Part shown: piece after piece, positions 9,380 through 21,757 of the stretch | How positions within the stretch are numbered: the stretch's first letter is position 1 | Layout: each line of letters begins with the position of its first letter | Origin: Mobula hypostoma | Lineage: Eukaryota | Reading direction: 5' to 3' | Assembly: GCF_963921235.1 (NCBI RefSeq) | Contig: NC_086129.1 | Coordinates: 42,098,001-42,162,000 of the forward strand | Length of the DNA: 64,000 bases | Made by a program: the position numbers and the translations under genes | Notes under the pieces: model-generated | Databases searched by the model: none | What the model was told of the DNA's origin: nothing | What the model saw: the letters and a program-made list of their open reading frames with translations, nothing else

Positions 9380-11370
9380 ACTTGACTAAGTTTTTGAGAA
9401 GGTGATGGAGGTGATTGATGGAGGTAGGGCAGTGGATTTTATACATGGCAGGTAGTAAAGCTTTTGACAAGGTTCCTTATGATAGGCTAATCCATAAGAT
9501 TAAGACACATGGGATCCATGGAGACTTAGTAGACAGGTCTTAAAATTGGCTTGGTTACAGAAAACAGAGTGTTGAGGTGGAGGGGTGTTATTCTGTCTGG
9601 AAGTCAATGACCAACATTAGGGTTCTGCAAGGGTCATCACAAACAACACTGCTGTCCAGACTAAATGACACCCCCATGATATGGATGAAAAAGTACGTGG
9701 GCTGATTAGTAAATTTGAGGTGACACAAAAATGATCAGAGTTGGGGATTATGAGGGAGGTTGTCAAAGGATTCAACAGGAGAAAGACCAGTTGGAAATGT
9801 TGTACATTGGGAGGTCACAGACAAGAGGAATGTATGCGGTAATTGGCATTGGGAGCATTGATGTACAGAGAGATCTTGGGGTGAAAGTCCATAGCTCTCT
9901 GAAGGTGGCAACGTAAACAGATAGGGTGGTAATGAATGTGTACGACATACTTACCCTCATTTGTCAGTCTGTATCACACTAAAATTGTATAAAACTTTGG
10001 TTAAGCCACTTTTGAAGTATTACGTGTACCTCTGGTTGCTGCATTAGATTATGTGCCGGCTTTGGAGAGGGTGCAGCAAAGGTTCATTAGGATGTTGCCT
10101 GGTCATCCATAAGGAGAGGCTGGCCAAACTTGGAGATGCTAGAAAGTACGAATGCTGGAATCTGGAGCAAGTGACAAACTTGTTTTCTCTGGAGCACCAG
10201 AGGCTGGTAGATCTGGTAGAAGTTATAAAATTGAGAGATATAGACAGAGTAGATAGAGACCTTTTCCCAGAACTGAAATATAAAATACTAGAGGGCATAG
10301 CTTTAAGATGAGAGGGGAGAGTTTAAAGGAGATTTACGAGGTAAGTTTTTTAAAAAATACAGACATTGGTAGATACCTAGAATGCTCTGCCAGGGAAACT
10401 GGAGGAAACGGATACAATAGTAATGCTCACATAGTCATAGTCATACTTTATTGATCCCGGGGGAAACTGGTTTTCATTACAGTTGCACCATAAATAATTA
10501 AATAGTAATAAAACCATAAATAATTAAATAGTAATATGTAAATTATGCCAGGAAATAAGTCCAGGACCAGCCTATTGGCTCAGGGTGTCTGACCCTCCAA
10601 GGGAGGAGTTGTAAAGTTTGATGGCCACAGGCAGGAATGACTTCCTATGACGCTCTGTGTTGCATCTCGGTGGAATGAGTCTCTGGCTGAATGTACTCCT
10701 GTGTCCAACCAGTACGTTATGTAGTGGATGGGAGACATTGTCCAAGATGGCATGCAACATGGGCAGCATCCTCCTTTCAGACACCACCATCAGAGAGTCC
10801 AGTTCCATCCCCACAACATCACTGGCCTTACGAATGAGTTTGTTGATTCTGTTGGTGTCTGCTACCCTCAGCCTGCTGCCCCAGCACACAACAGCAAACA
10901 TGATCGCACTGGCCACCACAGACTCGTAGAACATCCTCAGCATCGTCCGGCAGATGTTAAATGACCTCAGTCTCCTCAGGAAATAGAGACGGCTCTGACC
11001 CTTCTTGTAGACAGCCTCAGTGTTCTTTGACCTGTCCAGTTTATTGTCAATTCGTATCCCCAGGTATTTGTAATCCTCCACCATGTCCACACTGACCCCC
11101 TGGATGGAAACAGGGGTCACCGGTGCCTTAGCTCTCCTCAGGTCTACCACCAGCTCCTTAGTCTTTTTCACATTAAGCTGCAGATAATTCTGCTCGCACC
11201 ATGTGACAAAGTTTCCTACTGTAGCCCTGTACTTCAGAGGCATTTAGAAAGGTACGTGAACAGACAGGATATAGACCATGTGCAGACAGGTGGAATTAGC
11301 TTGGAATGGCATCATGGTCAACATAGGTGAAAGGCCTGTTTCTGTGTTGTCCTGCTCTATGATATACACA
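9380..11370 (+). mobile_element. CR1 LINE fragment interrupted by a Rex1/Babar insertion
   Basis: Decayed CR1 RT and 3' sequence at 9380-10430; the 3' UTR resumes at about 11236 (AGAGGCATTTAG). Confidence 0.75.
10431..11235 (-). mobile_element. Rex1/Babar-type LINE 3' fragment with open RT C-terminal ORF
   Basis: 223-aa ORF 10572-11243 (NFVTWCEQNYLQLNVKKTKELVVDLRR, YKYLGIRIDNKL, RLYFLRRLRSFN); (GACTAT)n tail at about 10431-10445. Confidence 0.85.
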
Positions 11371-12379
11371 TGGCTTACTGCCATTCATTATGTTGTGCAC
11401 ATCCCTGCAAAGGGACCAGTAGTTGTGTTTATTACTGCACTCTCCCAACCCAACAAAAAAACACAAAGTCAATGATGAGATGAAGTGTTGAGCTCATTAC
11501 CAACAAATTGGTTGAAATTTGTGCCAGTTAAAAGGACAATGTAACATCATACTAAATGTGACATGACTGGACACAGAGTCGACCTCGTGTGCCATGTTGT
11601 AAAGGTCAGTGTGAGCCTGCAGCTGCACTTGTCACTCTCGAGTACATTCATCTCATTTTACTCATTGAGGTGTAACCACACCAGGCCATGATTTAAAAGG
11701 AAATGTTTCATTGCTAAACACCCAGTGGGTGCCATGTTCAGCGTCAAACCTGGGTAGCAATTTACCTCCTTCAACCAACCGGTTTTGCTCAAATTAAAAT
11801 ACTGAGTCTATTACCTTAGCTTGTGTGGAGTGTCAACCCTGGTGTCCTGAAATCTGGCCAAAGCCCCCAATCTCCTCAGTCAGAAGCAAATGCCCTAACA
11901 CTGAATCTTATATTTAATCATAGGTTCATATTCCACTTGAGTAAAATATCTACGTTAAGACTCTCATGCAGTACTGAGAGATTGTCACATTGTCAGGGAT
12001 GCCATCTTTTAGATGACACATTCAAATGAAGCCCTCTTGGGGCAACTATTCAAAGAAGACCTTCTCACAATCCTCACAATTACTTATCCTTCAACCAAGC
12101 AACACCCTTCTCCTCCTCACTTTGCTGTGCTGAAAATGGCTATTAAATTCCCTGTGTTGTGACAGGAAATACATTTCTAAAGTCCATCACTGACTGTAAA
12201 GTGCTTTGATATTCTAAGACTGTGATGGGTTTTAGAAATTTAATGCTTCTTTCCAATAATAAACATCAAATACAAAATGTTGGCCAATTGACTGCAGGAT
12301 CTCAAAGGTCTGCCTTTTAGACTGGCTCATCCTTCAGTCAGGAACTAACATATTGTTGGTTAATCGAAATAGCTAATAA

Positions 12380-12570
12380 CATTCACAAAATGCTGGAGGA
12401 CCTCAGCAGGTCAGGCAGCATCTATGGAGAGGAATAAAGAGCCAACACTTCTGGCCAAGATCCTTCATAGGGATCTGAAGTGTCAATTGCATAGATGCTG
12501 CCTGACCTGCTGAGGTCCTCCAGCAATTTGCATGTGTCCCTCTAGATTCCCAGCATCTGCAAAATCTTTA
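12380..12570. mobile_element. Fold-back Penelope-derived element with a perfect 36-bp inverted repeat
   Basis: 12391-12426 is the exact reverse complement of 12490-12525. Confidence 0.8.
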
Positions 12571-14667
12571 CTGTAAGTCAAGAACATTTCTTGATGGTCA
12601 TTGAAGAACCAAAGCTCTGCATTTAAAATGAATTAGAATTATCTAGTATGATCAAAACCAACTAATAATTCATTCAAAGTTAATGAATAAAAATAAATCT
12701 CACTCAGCTTGGTGTAAGTTAACTTAATGGTACCACTTGATGTCAACCAATGACTTGCAAGCTGGACTTCTTGATTCTTTTCTTTTCAAGACACTTCCCA
12801 GCCTCACCCCTCTTCAAATATCTCTTGTCCTACAACTATCAGGGGGTCTGCATTCCCTCATTCTGTTTTCATGCACTTAGCTGATTGACTTTGTCATGCT
12901 ATTGGCAGCTATGTCTTCATCAGTCTGAATTCTCACCTCTGGTAATTTATCCTAAACCTCTCCACCTCTATCTTTTGATTCTCCTGCAAAAATAGTCCCT
13001 CAAATAAATAACTTTTAACCAAAGTTTTAAACACCAATCCTAGTAGCTCTTTGTGTGTGTCATGATCAAATCTTGTGAGATGCCTTGCAATTTGTTTTCT
13101 AAAATATACTTTATTGATAATGTATAGTAAATACAATCAGGAAATAAAGATAAAGATAAGCATTATTTTTTCGCATGTATATTGAATTATCAAAATATAG
13201 AGAAATGCATTGTTTTGCATCAACGACCAACAAGGTCTGAGGATGTGCTGGGGGCAGCCTGCAGGTATCATCATGCTTTTGGTACCAACATAGCATGCCC
13301 ACAACTTACTAACCCTAGCCATATATCCTTAGAATGCAAGAGGAAACTGGAACACTCAGAGAAAACCCACACAGTCACGGGGAGAACGTACAAACTCCTT
13401 ACGGACAGCAGTGGGAGGTAACCTCGATCTTTCGATCACTGGTACAGTAAAGCGTTACGTTAACTTCTACACAACCATGTCGCCCAGGGAAAATGTCTTT
13501 CTTTACTTTCATTATACCATCAATTGAATACATTCTGTTAACACCACTTGTGTTGATCTTTAAACTGTGAAACTTCCATAGGGCCCAATGCCCCGAGGCT
13601 GTAGGATCCTATAGACTGCTCGTCCTCCACACCACCCCCACAGAGCAATACATAAAAACATATAACTGTTGATGATGATGGAAAAGGAAGGAGTCACCTG
13701 AAGCCTGTCACTTTACAGCAGAAAGATCACCATGAGCTGCTGAAATGGAATTCATGATCAAAGTTATATGGCTATTGTTTGATCGATTAATCTTACTAAC
13801 CCAGCAAAATGTAGCCAGCAAAGGATGGTTACACTATAGAAATGATGTAAATCATAAGCTTCCTGGATCAGAGCCCATTTTCTCTATTGTGCCCAGAACC
13901 AATGCTAACACCATTCAGCCTTAAATTCACGAATAGCTGGTACCATGTCAAACATTTGTAATGACATTGAATGATCTCAGAGTTGCTAATGCAAATGTTT
14001 ATGATTCCTGGTCTAATTCTCTACCAGTGATTCTGAGTCAGGTTTGTTAATTTTTCCTTTGCCATCATTATTTCTCGTAAACTGGAACCATAGGGGTTTA
14101 TTTTTATTCCCAGCAATTTGCTTTATGTGAGTGGGATGAGGAAGAGCTCACAACTTGTTCCCTTTAAAGTTATGCATCCTATTCTCACAATATTTATTTC
14201 ACTGATGGGATGGATACTAGAATAAGGTTAATTTAAGTTAAGTGATTAAAGATAAGCTTTTAATAGCCCTCCATGTTGAACAGAAGGAATAATTTTGTCC
14301 ATCATAACCCAGAGATAAAACTCTTGCACATCACATATGGCTCCGTTAGAACTCTGTTATTCCTGTGGCCAACAACATCACAAGCAATTGAAATAACATT
14401 GAAGGGCATTGTTTACGCTTGTCCGAAGGCATTAGGCTGATTTCAGAAATGCTGTTCTGATGTCATGCTTCTTCAAGTTTGGTATCCTTGAAGACTTGAT
14501 CACTTTCCATTGAGTTGCAGTATTAAGGTCATTTATGTTAAACTTGAATCTGTAGTCACCTTGGAAAGAACCTCTAGAATATTGATAGTGTCACCGCTTA
14601 ATTGGGCTCTGAAAACATATATTTGTTCCTCAATCACACTTTATTAACTTGTGTACAAGGAGAACAG

Positions 14668-15049
14668 TGTGACCCCTGTCACCAAGCTGGTCTAAGGTTT
14701 GAACAAACAACCGCCGTTTTTATATAAAAATTGACTAGTTGGATAGAGATATTGACCAATTACTAACCTTGTGAATGTTCAGATTCCTTATTTGCATAAT
14801 CGGTCACTAATCACACTACAATAATACAAGCATTAATAGCCAATAGAATCTACATGGTAAAGGCCAATAATACTTCAGAATCAGTAAAATAACTAACCTA
14901 AAGCAAGTGCGTCCTAGAATCCTCCATTTGCACTCTTGCATTGGTAAGTCAGATGGCTTTGGTCTCCTGCTGTGCAAAGACGAGCTATTGTCCCAAGGAC
15001 CTTTCTTGCCTTAGCTTACGGCACGTTATCTACCCCTTGCCTTGTCACG
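14668..15049. mobile_element. Possible solo LTR
   Basis: TGTGAC...GTCAC(G) termini; flanks ACAG/ACAT; internal CCAAT boxes and ATTTGCAT octamer. Weak support. Confidence 0.3.
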
Positions 15050-15862
15050 ACATCCACAGCAGTCTTTTGTATCGACCTCACTAAGTGCTGGTCCAACACA
15101 TCATTGGACTTCTATTTGGTTGTCAGTTTGTCAAAGTAGTCAAGCTTGTTGGCAAGATAAACACAACTCCATTTTTGCCATTTATTTACAGTGGGTGGAA
15201 ACTAATTGGAGACCAGGCCGTTTAGCCTGAAAGGGGGTGTGAAGGGGTCTGTGCTCTGTCATAGAGGTGGGGCTGCTTTGGAAAGATTCTCTCCCAGTGT
15301 TGAAACCATTTGCTGAGAAACACAGGATTGAGTGTGTTGTAAACATTTTTACACTTCATAATCATCTCTGAATTACAGTATATGCTAAGCATTCAGAGTT
15401 AATTTCATGAAGTAATCTTTGGCAACTTTCCTTTAATTGCATTGTCAGTGCAGTGAATAGATGTTAGGTAATGCATGCATCGGAGGTAGAATCAATGAAT
15501 AGTCATGCAGGTTATTAATGTGCCTTGTAATTGAAAGTATGACTTAAGTACTACACGGATAATGGAATTTTGATGCCTTCATTTGTTTTGGGGCTTAATT
15601 TATATCACTTTCTTTTGCTGAACACTTCTTGCTTTCTTATGGTGCTCTCTGATGAGGGTCATCACTCCAACATATATGCTGATCTTGAAGATGATTGAAC
15701 CTCAAAAATATCTCAAGCTTTCAAAACTCTTTAAGTCTCAGAAAATGTTTTGAAAGATATTGACAACTCTGGAGAGTAGTGAGGATTTCGGATAAATGGG
15801 ATTGGAACGAATACTGTTACTCATAGAAAAATGGAGGGCTATGTGGAAGGAAAAGGTTAGGT

Positions 15863-15942
15863 CAGGGGTTCTCAATCTCGTTTTATGCCATGGACCAATA
15901 CCATTCAGCAAGGGTCCGTGGGCCCCATGTTGGGAACCCCTG
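15863..15942. mobile_element. hAT-type MITE, 80 bp
   Basis: Terminal inverted repeats CAGGGGTTC/GAACCCCTG; 8-bp target-site duplication GGTTAGGT/GGTTAGAT; sits in a CR1 3' tail. Confidence 0.8.
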
Positions 15943-18194
15943 GGTTAGATTGATCTTACATCATGAGCTGAGGGGCCGGTAATGTGCTGTAACAGTCTAT
16001 GTTCTATGAGTGACGGCCTCTACTGAAATTGTAAGATAAATGTTATTCAGATTCTCCATACTATCACAAAGATGAGATCTTAGATCACCTTTCAAATTCC
16101 ACAACTTATTTTACATTTACACAAACTGGCATGAAGATCTGCTTCTTCCATATTTCTTTTCACATCCTGGTTGCCATTCTGGCTAATAGAGGGGGGGACA
16201 GGAGAGGGTTAAGGAGAGATAGAGCGAGGAAAAGTGAGAAAACATTGTGTTTTAAATAGCAGAAAGTGGAAAGGGTGCAGAGGACAGAGAGAATATCTAT
16301 GGTAGGGTGTAGACCAATTTTCATGGGAATCATTAAATACATACTAGCAGTTAGAGACAGAAGAGAAACAAAGGAAGACATTGAAACTGAAATATAAATG
16401 GCTGTTCATCTGAAATAATTGGATTCGGTATTGATACACAAGGATTGCAATATGCCCCTATGGAGGACGGGGTGTAGCTCGAGCTTACATTGGGCAGCAT
16501 TGGATCCGTGCAGAAAGCCAGAAGTAAAGTGAGAGGTGACTGGAAGCTTGTGGTCACCCTTGCAGCATGGAGGAAATGGTCACCAATGTTCAATGGATTC
16601 TCCAATCTAGAAGTTATAATTAATCACGTTACTAAGCACTGAGCACCCGCTTGCAGGCTGTTGGTTGTCCGATGTATTCGATGATGACAGGAAACCTATG
16701 CGGGAGAGTTCTTTAAGTGGAAAAAGCTGTTGCATTAGGGAAGTTCCACTCTCTTGACCTCGGACATCTGGGTCCAGTGGTACGAATAGTCATCACAACT
16801 GGGGTCTTGCAGGCTATCAGTGGGTGGAGGTTGACAGGTTCTTGATTCACCAGGGCATCAAAGGTTGCCAGGAGAAGGCAGGCGAATGGGGTTGAGAGGG
16901 TTAATAGATTGGCTATGATGGAATGGCGGGGCAGCCTCGATGGGCCGAGTGGCCTAATTCTGCTCCCAGGTCTTATGTCTTAAGGTGAAGATGTTAAATT
17001 CTAGACATTCATACGGCTCTATTTGCTTGCATTGGCTTGTGTTACTGTAAGAGTTGCCTCGCCAATCATTCAGTGCAGCACAGCTTGTGCCTTAGTAAGG
17101 CTAAATCGGGAAGGATGTCAGAATCAGAATCAGGATTAATATCACCGGCATATGTCATGAAATTTATTGATATGCAATACATAATAAAAAAACTGTAAGT
17201 CACAGTAATAATATATACATATTTAAAAAGTTAAATCAAATAGTGCAAAAAGAGAAAAAAAGTAGTGAGGTAGTGTTCTTGGCTTCAATGTCCATTCAGA
17301 AACCTGATGGCAAAGGGGAAGAAGCTGTTCCTGAGTTGCTGAGTGTGTGTCTTCACACTCCTGTACCTCCTCCTTGATGGTAGCATTGAGAAGAGGGCAT
17401 GTCCTCGGTGACAGGCAAGAAGCTGTCCCCAAATCGCTGAGTGTGTGTCTTCAGGCTCCTCTGCCTCCTCCCTGATGATAGCAATGAGAAGTAGTTAAGC
17501 AGAGGCAAAAATGCTTTTTAAAAGTAGTTAGTTAATGGAGAAAGTGTTACAGCTCATACAGAGGAAGTGATATAGAACAACTTGCTTTCTTTTCCTCTTT
17601 CTTTCTCTCTCTCCTCCTCCTTTCTCTCTCACTTCTTTTTTTCCTTCTATCTTTATCAGGCGGAAATGAATAGCTGGCATCATACTCGAGTCTGTTAACC
17701 ATCTTGACAGCTCCATTACCGATGTGTTGATGAGGACAGTGTTCCAGTACTAGCTTACTGTAAAATATCCAAAGCCTACTCAAATCAAATTACCTTTCAA
17801 TCACAGTATCACTGCATGGAAGTTCGATGTCACTGTAATTGTCTCGATTCCTTGATACAGTATTTTTTCCTAATTCTCTCTGTTCTCTACTTGTTTAAAG
17901 ATTAGCTTTATTTGTGACATACACATCCAAACATACAGTGAAATGTGTTGTTTTGCATCAACAAACAACACAGTCCAAGGACGTGCTGGGGGCAGCCTGC
18001 AAGTGTCGCCGTGCTCCCAGTGCCTCCATAGCATGACCAAAAATTACCAACCGGTACATCATTGTGACGTGGGAGGAAACCGGAGCACCTGGAGGAAAGC
18101 CACATAGTCATGGGGAGAATGTACAAACTCTCGTGGCAGGCACTGAACCCTGATTGCTGGTGCTGTAAAGCGATACACCAGCCATTTCCTCTGA

Positions 18195-20070
18195 TGTTTT
18201 CCTCTGACTGTAAAAGCTTTTATAGATATGTAAAAAGGAAAAGACTGATAAAGACAAATTTAGGTCCCCTACAGACAGAAACAGGTGAATTGATTATGGG
18301 GAGCAAGGACATGGCAGACCAATTGAATAATTACTTTGGTTCTGTCTTCACTAAGGAGGACATAAATAATCTTCCAGAAATAGTCGGGGACAGAGGGTCC
18401 AGTGAGATGGAGGAACTGAGCGAAATACATGTTAGTAGGGAAGTGGTGTTAGGTAAATTGAAGGGATTAAAGGCAGATAAATCCCCAGGGCCAGATGGTC
18501 TGCATCCTAGAGTGCTTAAGGAAGTAGCCCAAGAAATAGTGGATGCATTAGTGATAATTTTTCAAAACTCATTAGATTCTGGACTAGTTCCTGAGGATTG
18601 GAGGGTGGCTAATGTAACCCCACTTTTTAAAAAAGGAGGGAGAGAGAAACCGGGGAATTATAGACCGGTTAGCCTAACGTCGGTGGTGGGGAAACTGCTG
18701 GAGTCAGTTATCAAGGATGTGATAACAGCACATTTGGAAAGCGGTGAAATGATCGGACAAAGTCAGCATGGATTTGTGAAAGGAAAATCATGTCTGACGA
18801 ATCTCATAGAATTTTTTGAGGATGTAACTAGTAGAGTGGATAGGGGAGAACCAGTGGATGTGGTATATTTGGATTTTCAAAAGGCTTTTGACAAGGTCCC
18901 ACACAGGAGATTAGTGTGCAAACTTAAAGCACACGGTATTGGGGGTAAGGTATTGATGTGGATGGAGAATTGGTTAGCAGACAGGAAGCAAAGAGTGGGA
19001 ATAAACGGGACCTTTTCAGAATGGCAGGCGGTGACTAGTGGGGTACCGCAAGGCTCAGTGCTGGGACCCCAGTTGTTTACAATATATATTAATGACTTGG
19101 ATGAGGGAATTAAATGCAGCATCTCCAAGTTTGCGGATGACACGAAGCTGGGTGGCAGTGTTAGCAGTGAGGAGGATGCTAAGAGGATGCAGAGTGACTT
19201 GGATAGGTTGGGTGAGTGGGCAAATTCATGGCAGATGCAATTTAATGTGGATAAATGTGAAGTTATCCACTTTGGTGGCAAAAATAGGAAAACAGATTAT
19301 TATCTGAATGGTGGCCAATTAGGAAAAGAGGAGGTGCAACGAGACCTGGGTGTCATTATACACCAGTCATTGAAAGTGGGCATGCAGGTACAGCAGGCGG
19401 TGAAAAAGGCGAATGGTATGCTGGCATTTATAGCGAGAGAATTCGAGTACAGGAGCAGGGAGGTACTACTGCATTTGTACAAGACCTTAGTGAGACCACA
19501 CCTGGAGTATTGTGTGCAGTTTTAGTCACCTAATCTGAGGAAAGACATCCTTGCCATAGAGGGAGTACAAATAAGGTTCACCAGATTGATTCCTGGGATG
19601 GCAGGACTTTCATATGAAGAAAGACTGGATGAACTGGGCCTGTACTCGTTGGAATTTAGAAGATTGAGGGGGGGATCTGATTGAAACGTATAAAATCCTG
19701 AAGGGATTGGACAGGCTAGATGCAGGAAGATTGTTCCCGATGTTGGGGAAGTCCAGAACAAGGGGTCACAGTTTGAGGATAAAGGGGAAGCCTTTTAGGA
19801 CCGAGATTAGGAAAAACTTCTTCACACAGAGAGTGGTGAATCTGTGGAATTCTCTGCTACAGGAAACAGTTGAGGCCAGTTCATTGGCTATATTTAAGAG
19901 GGAGTTAGATATGGCCCTTGTGGCTACGGGGATCAGGGGTATGGAGGGAAGGCTGGGGCGGGGTTCTGAGTTGGATGATCAGCCATGATCATAATAAATG
20001 GCGGTGCAGGCTCGAAGGGCCGAATGGCCTACTCCTGCACCTATTTTCTATGTTTCTATGTTTCTATATC
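18195..20070 (+). mobile_element. Young 5'-truncated CR1 LINE with near-intact RT domain
   Basis: ORF 18110-19525 has NYRPVSLTSVVGK, YLDFQKAFDKVPH, GVPQGSVLGP, KFADDTKL; a TAG at 19523 and a later frameshift; (TTTCTATG)n tail. The first ~28 codons of the called ORF belong to an upstream SINE. Confidence 0.95.
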
Positions 20071-20944
20071 AAAATGTTCCATTGTGCCAATGAAAGGAAA
20101 TAAATCTCTGTTACTATTGTAATGCAGTAACGTTAGCTGTCAGCTTGGACACAGCAAGCTCTGACAAAAGAAAATAGAAATAAATTATAAAATCAATTAT
20201 TTGTTTTCCCCAGGGTAGGGGAATCTAAGCAAGCGTGCATGGGTTTAATATGAGAGGGAAGATTTAAAGGGAAGCTGAGGAGCAAATTTTCACACAGAGG
20301 TTGTTCGGTATATGGAGGAAGTGGTCGAGGTGTTACTTATTTTTTTTGTAAGTTCTAGTAATTTTTATGTCCTGTACTGTACTGTTGCTGTAAAACACCA
20401 GATTTCATGACATACGTCAGTGATAATAAACCTGAATCTGATTCTGATTCAAACCTAATTGCAACACATTTCACAAAGGGACAGCGCAGTGGTGCAGCTA
20501 GTAGAGCTGCCTCACAGCTGTGGTGATCCAGGTTCAGGTCTGAGCTCTAGTGCTGTTTGTGCGGAGTTTGCACATTCTCCATGTGGGGAATTGCGTGCAT
20601 TTCCACTGGTGATCTGGTATTTATTTATTTATTGAGATACAACATGAAATAGGCTCTTCTGGCCCTTTGAGCCTCCCAGCAACTCCCGATTAACCCTAGC
20701 CTAATCACGGGACAATTTACACGACCAATTAACCTACTAACTAGTACGTTTTTGAACTGTGGGAGGAAACTGGCACGTTCCTTGGGGAGTACATACAGAC
20801 TCCTTGCAGACGACATTGCAATTGAACTCCAAACTCCAACGAAGCCTCGAGCTGTAATAGCGTTGCGCTAACTGCTACACTGCCATGGTGCCCCAACCTC
20901 TACTGTGGCTTCCTCCCACGTCCCAAAAATGTGCGGGTTGGAAG

Positions 20945-21757
20945 CAACGTTCCCTCTATTTTGTAATGACCAGCATGCGCAAAAATCTTGTGCCATGCAA
21001 TTTTTTGCCCAGTGACAACAACATGTGCTCTGAATGTTATATACAGAGGTATTCATTTTAATAGCTAGCAAAACACTGTCAATAAGAACTTTGATCTCCT
21101 CTGGGTTTGATCGTTTACACTTTCATTCATTTGCACTCTCACAAAATATACATAGCAGGCCTGTAGCAGGTAATGAAGGATTTTATCACCGGAGCTTTTG
21201 CAAACTGTCCATATGTGACTTGCTAGCTAAATGATGCTTTAAAAAGTCAAGTTTCTAAACATCACTCCACTTCTTCCCACCTTCAAATTCTTGAACAACT
21301 TTTGCATCACGACAACACACACAGGCAACACCAGTTTCTGTATTGTACATAAATATTTCTCATAGCTGTACGTTCCTGACTTCATGAGCTTTCAGTGTAG
21401 CAGCTTCTACTGTTTCATTAAGCCATTCCGCTTTAAATGAACTCGCAGTTCTTTTGCGCTTCATGCCCTTTGCTCCTTTGGAATTCGACATAGTGAATCA
21501 ATAATTTCTTCAATAGAAAACAGTATAAATAAGCCTGTTCTAAAATCTGCAGACAAATCATCGCAAACTCCACATTGTCAACACTGTCTGCATCAGAAAC
21601 CAGAAAAGGAAATGTGATTGTGTATGATTGTGAAATATACTTAATATGCCAACGAGGTAGAGGGTGACAACCTTTTGTGCGCAGTTTAAATTCCTTTGTG
21701 CGCTAGTAGCAAAAGATGCGTGCGCGTGCACATGCGCACACCTTAGAGCGAACACTG
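20945..21757 (-). mobile_element. hAT DNA transposon deletion derivative with decayed transposase N-terminus
   Basis: Imperfect TIRs CAACGTTCCCTCTA / CAGTGTTCGCTCTA. Minus strand from ATG at 21491 reads MSNSKGAKGMKRKRTASSFKAEWLNE...CVCCRDAK...FEGGKKW..*KLDFLKHHLASKSH (TTF-type zinc-finger-like, with stops). Splits a SINE. Confidence 0.75.
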
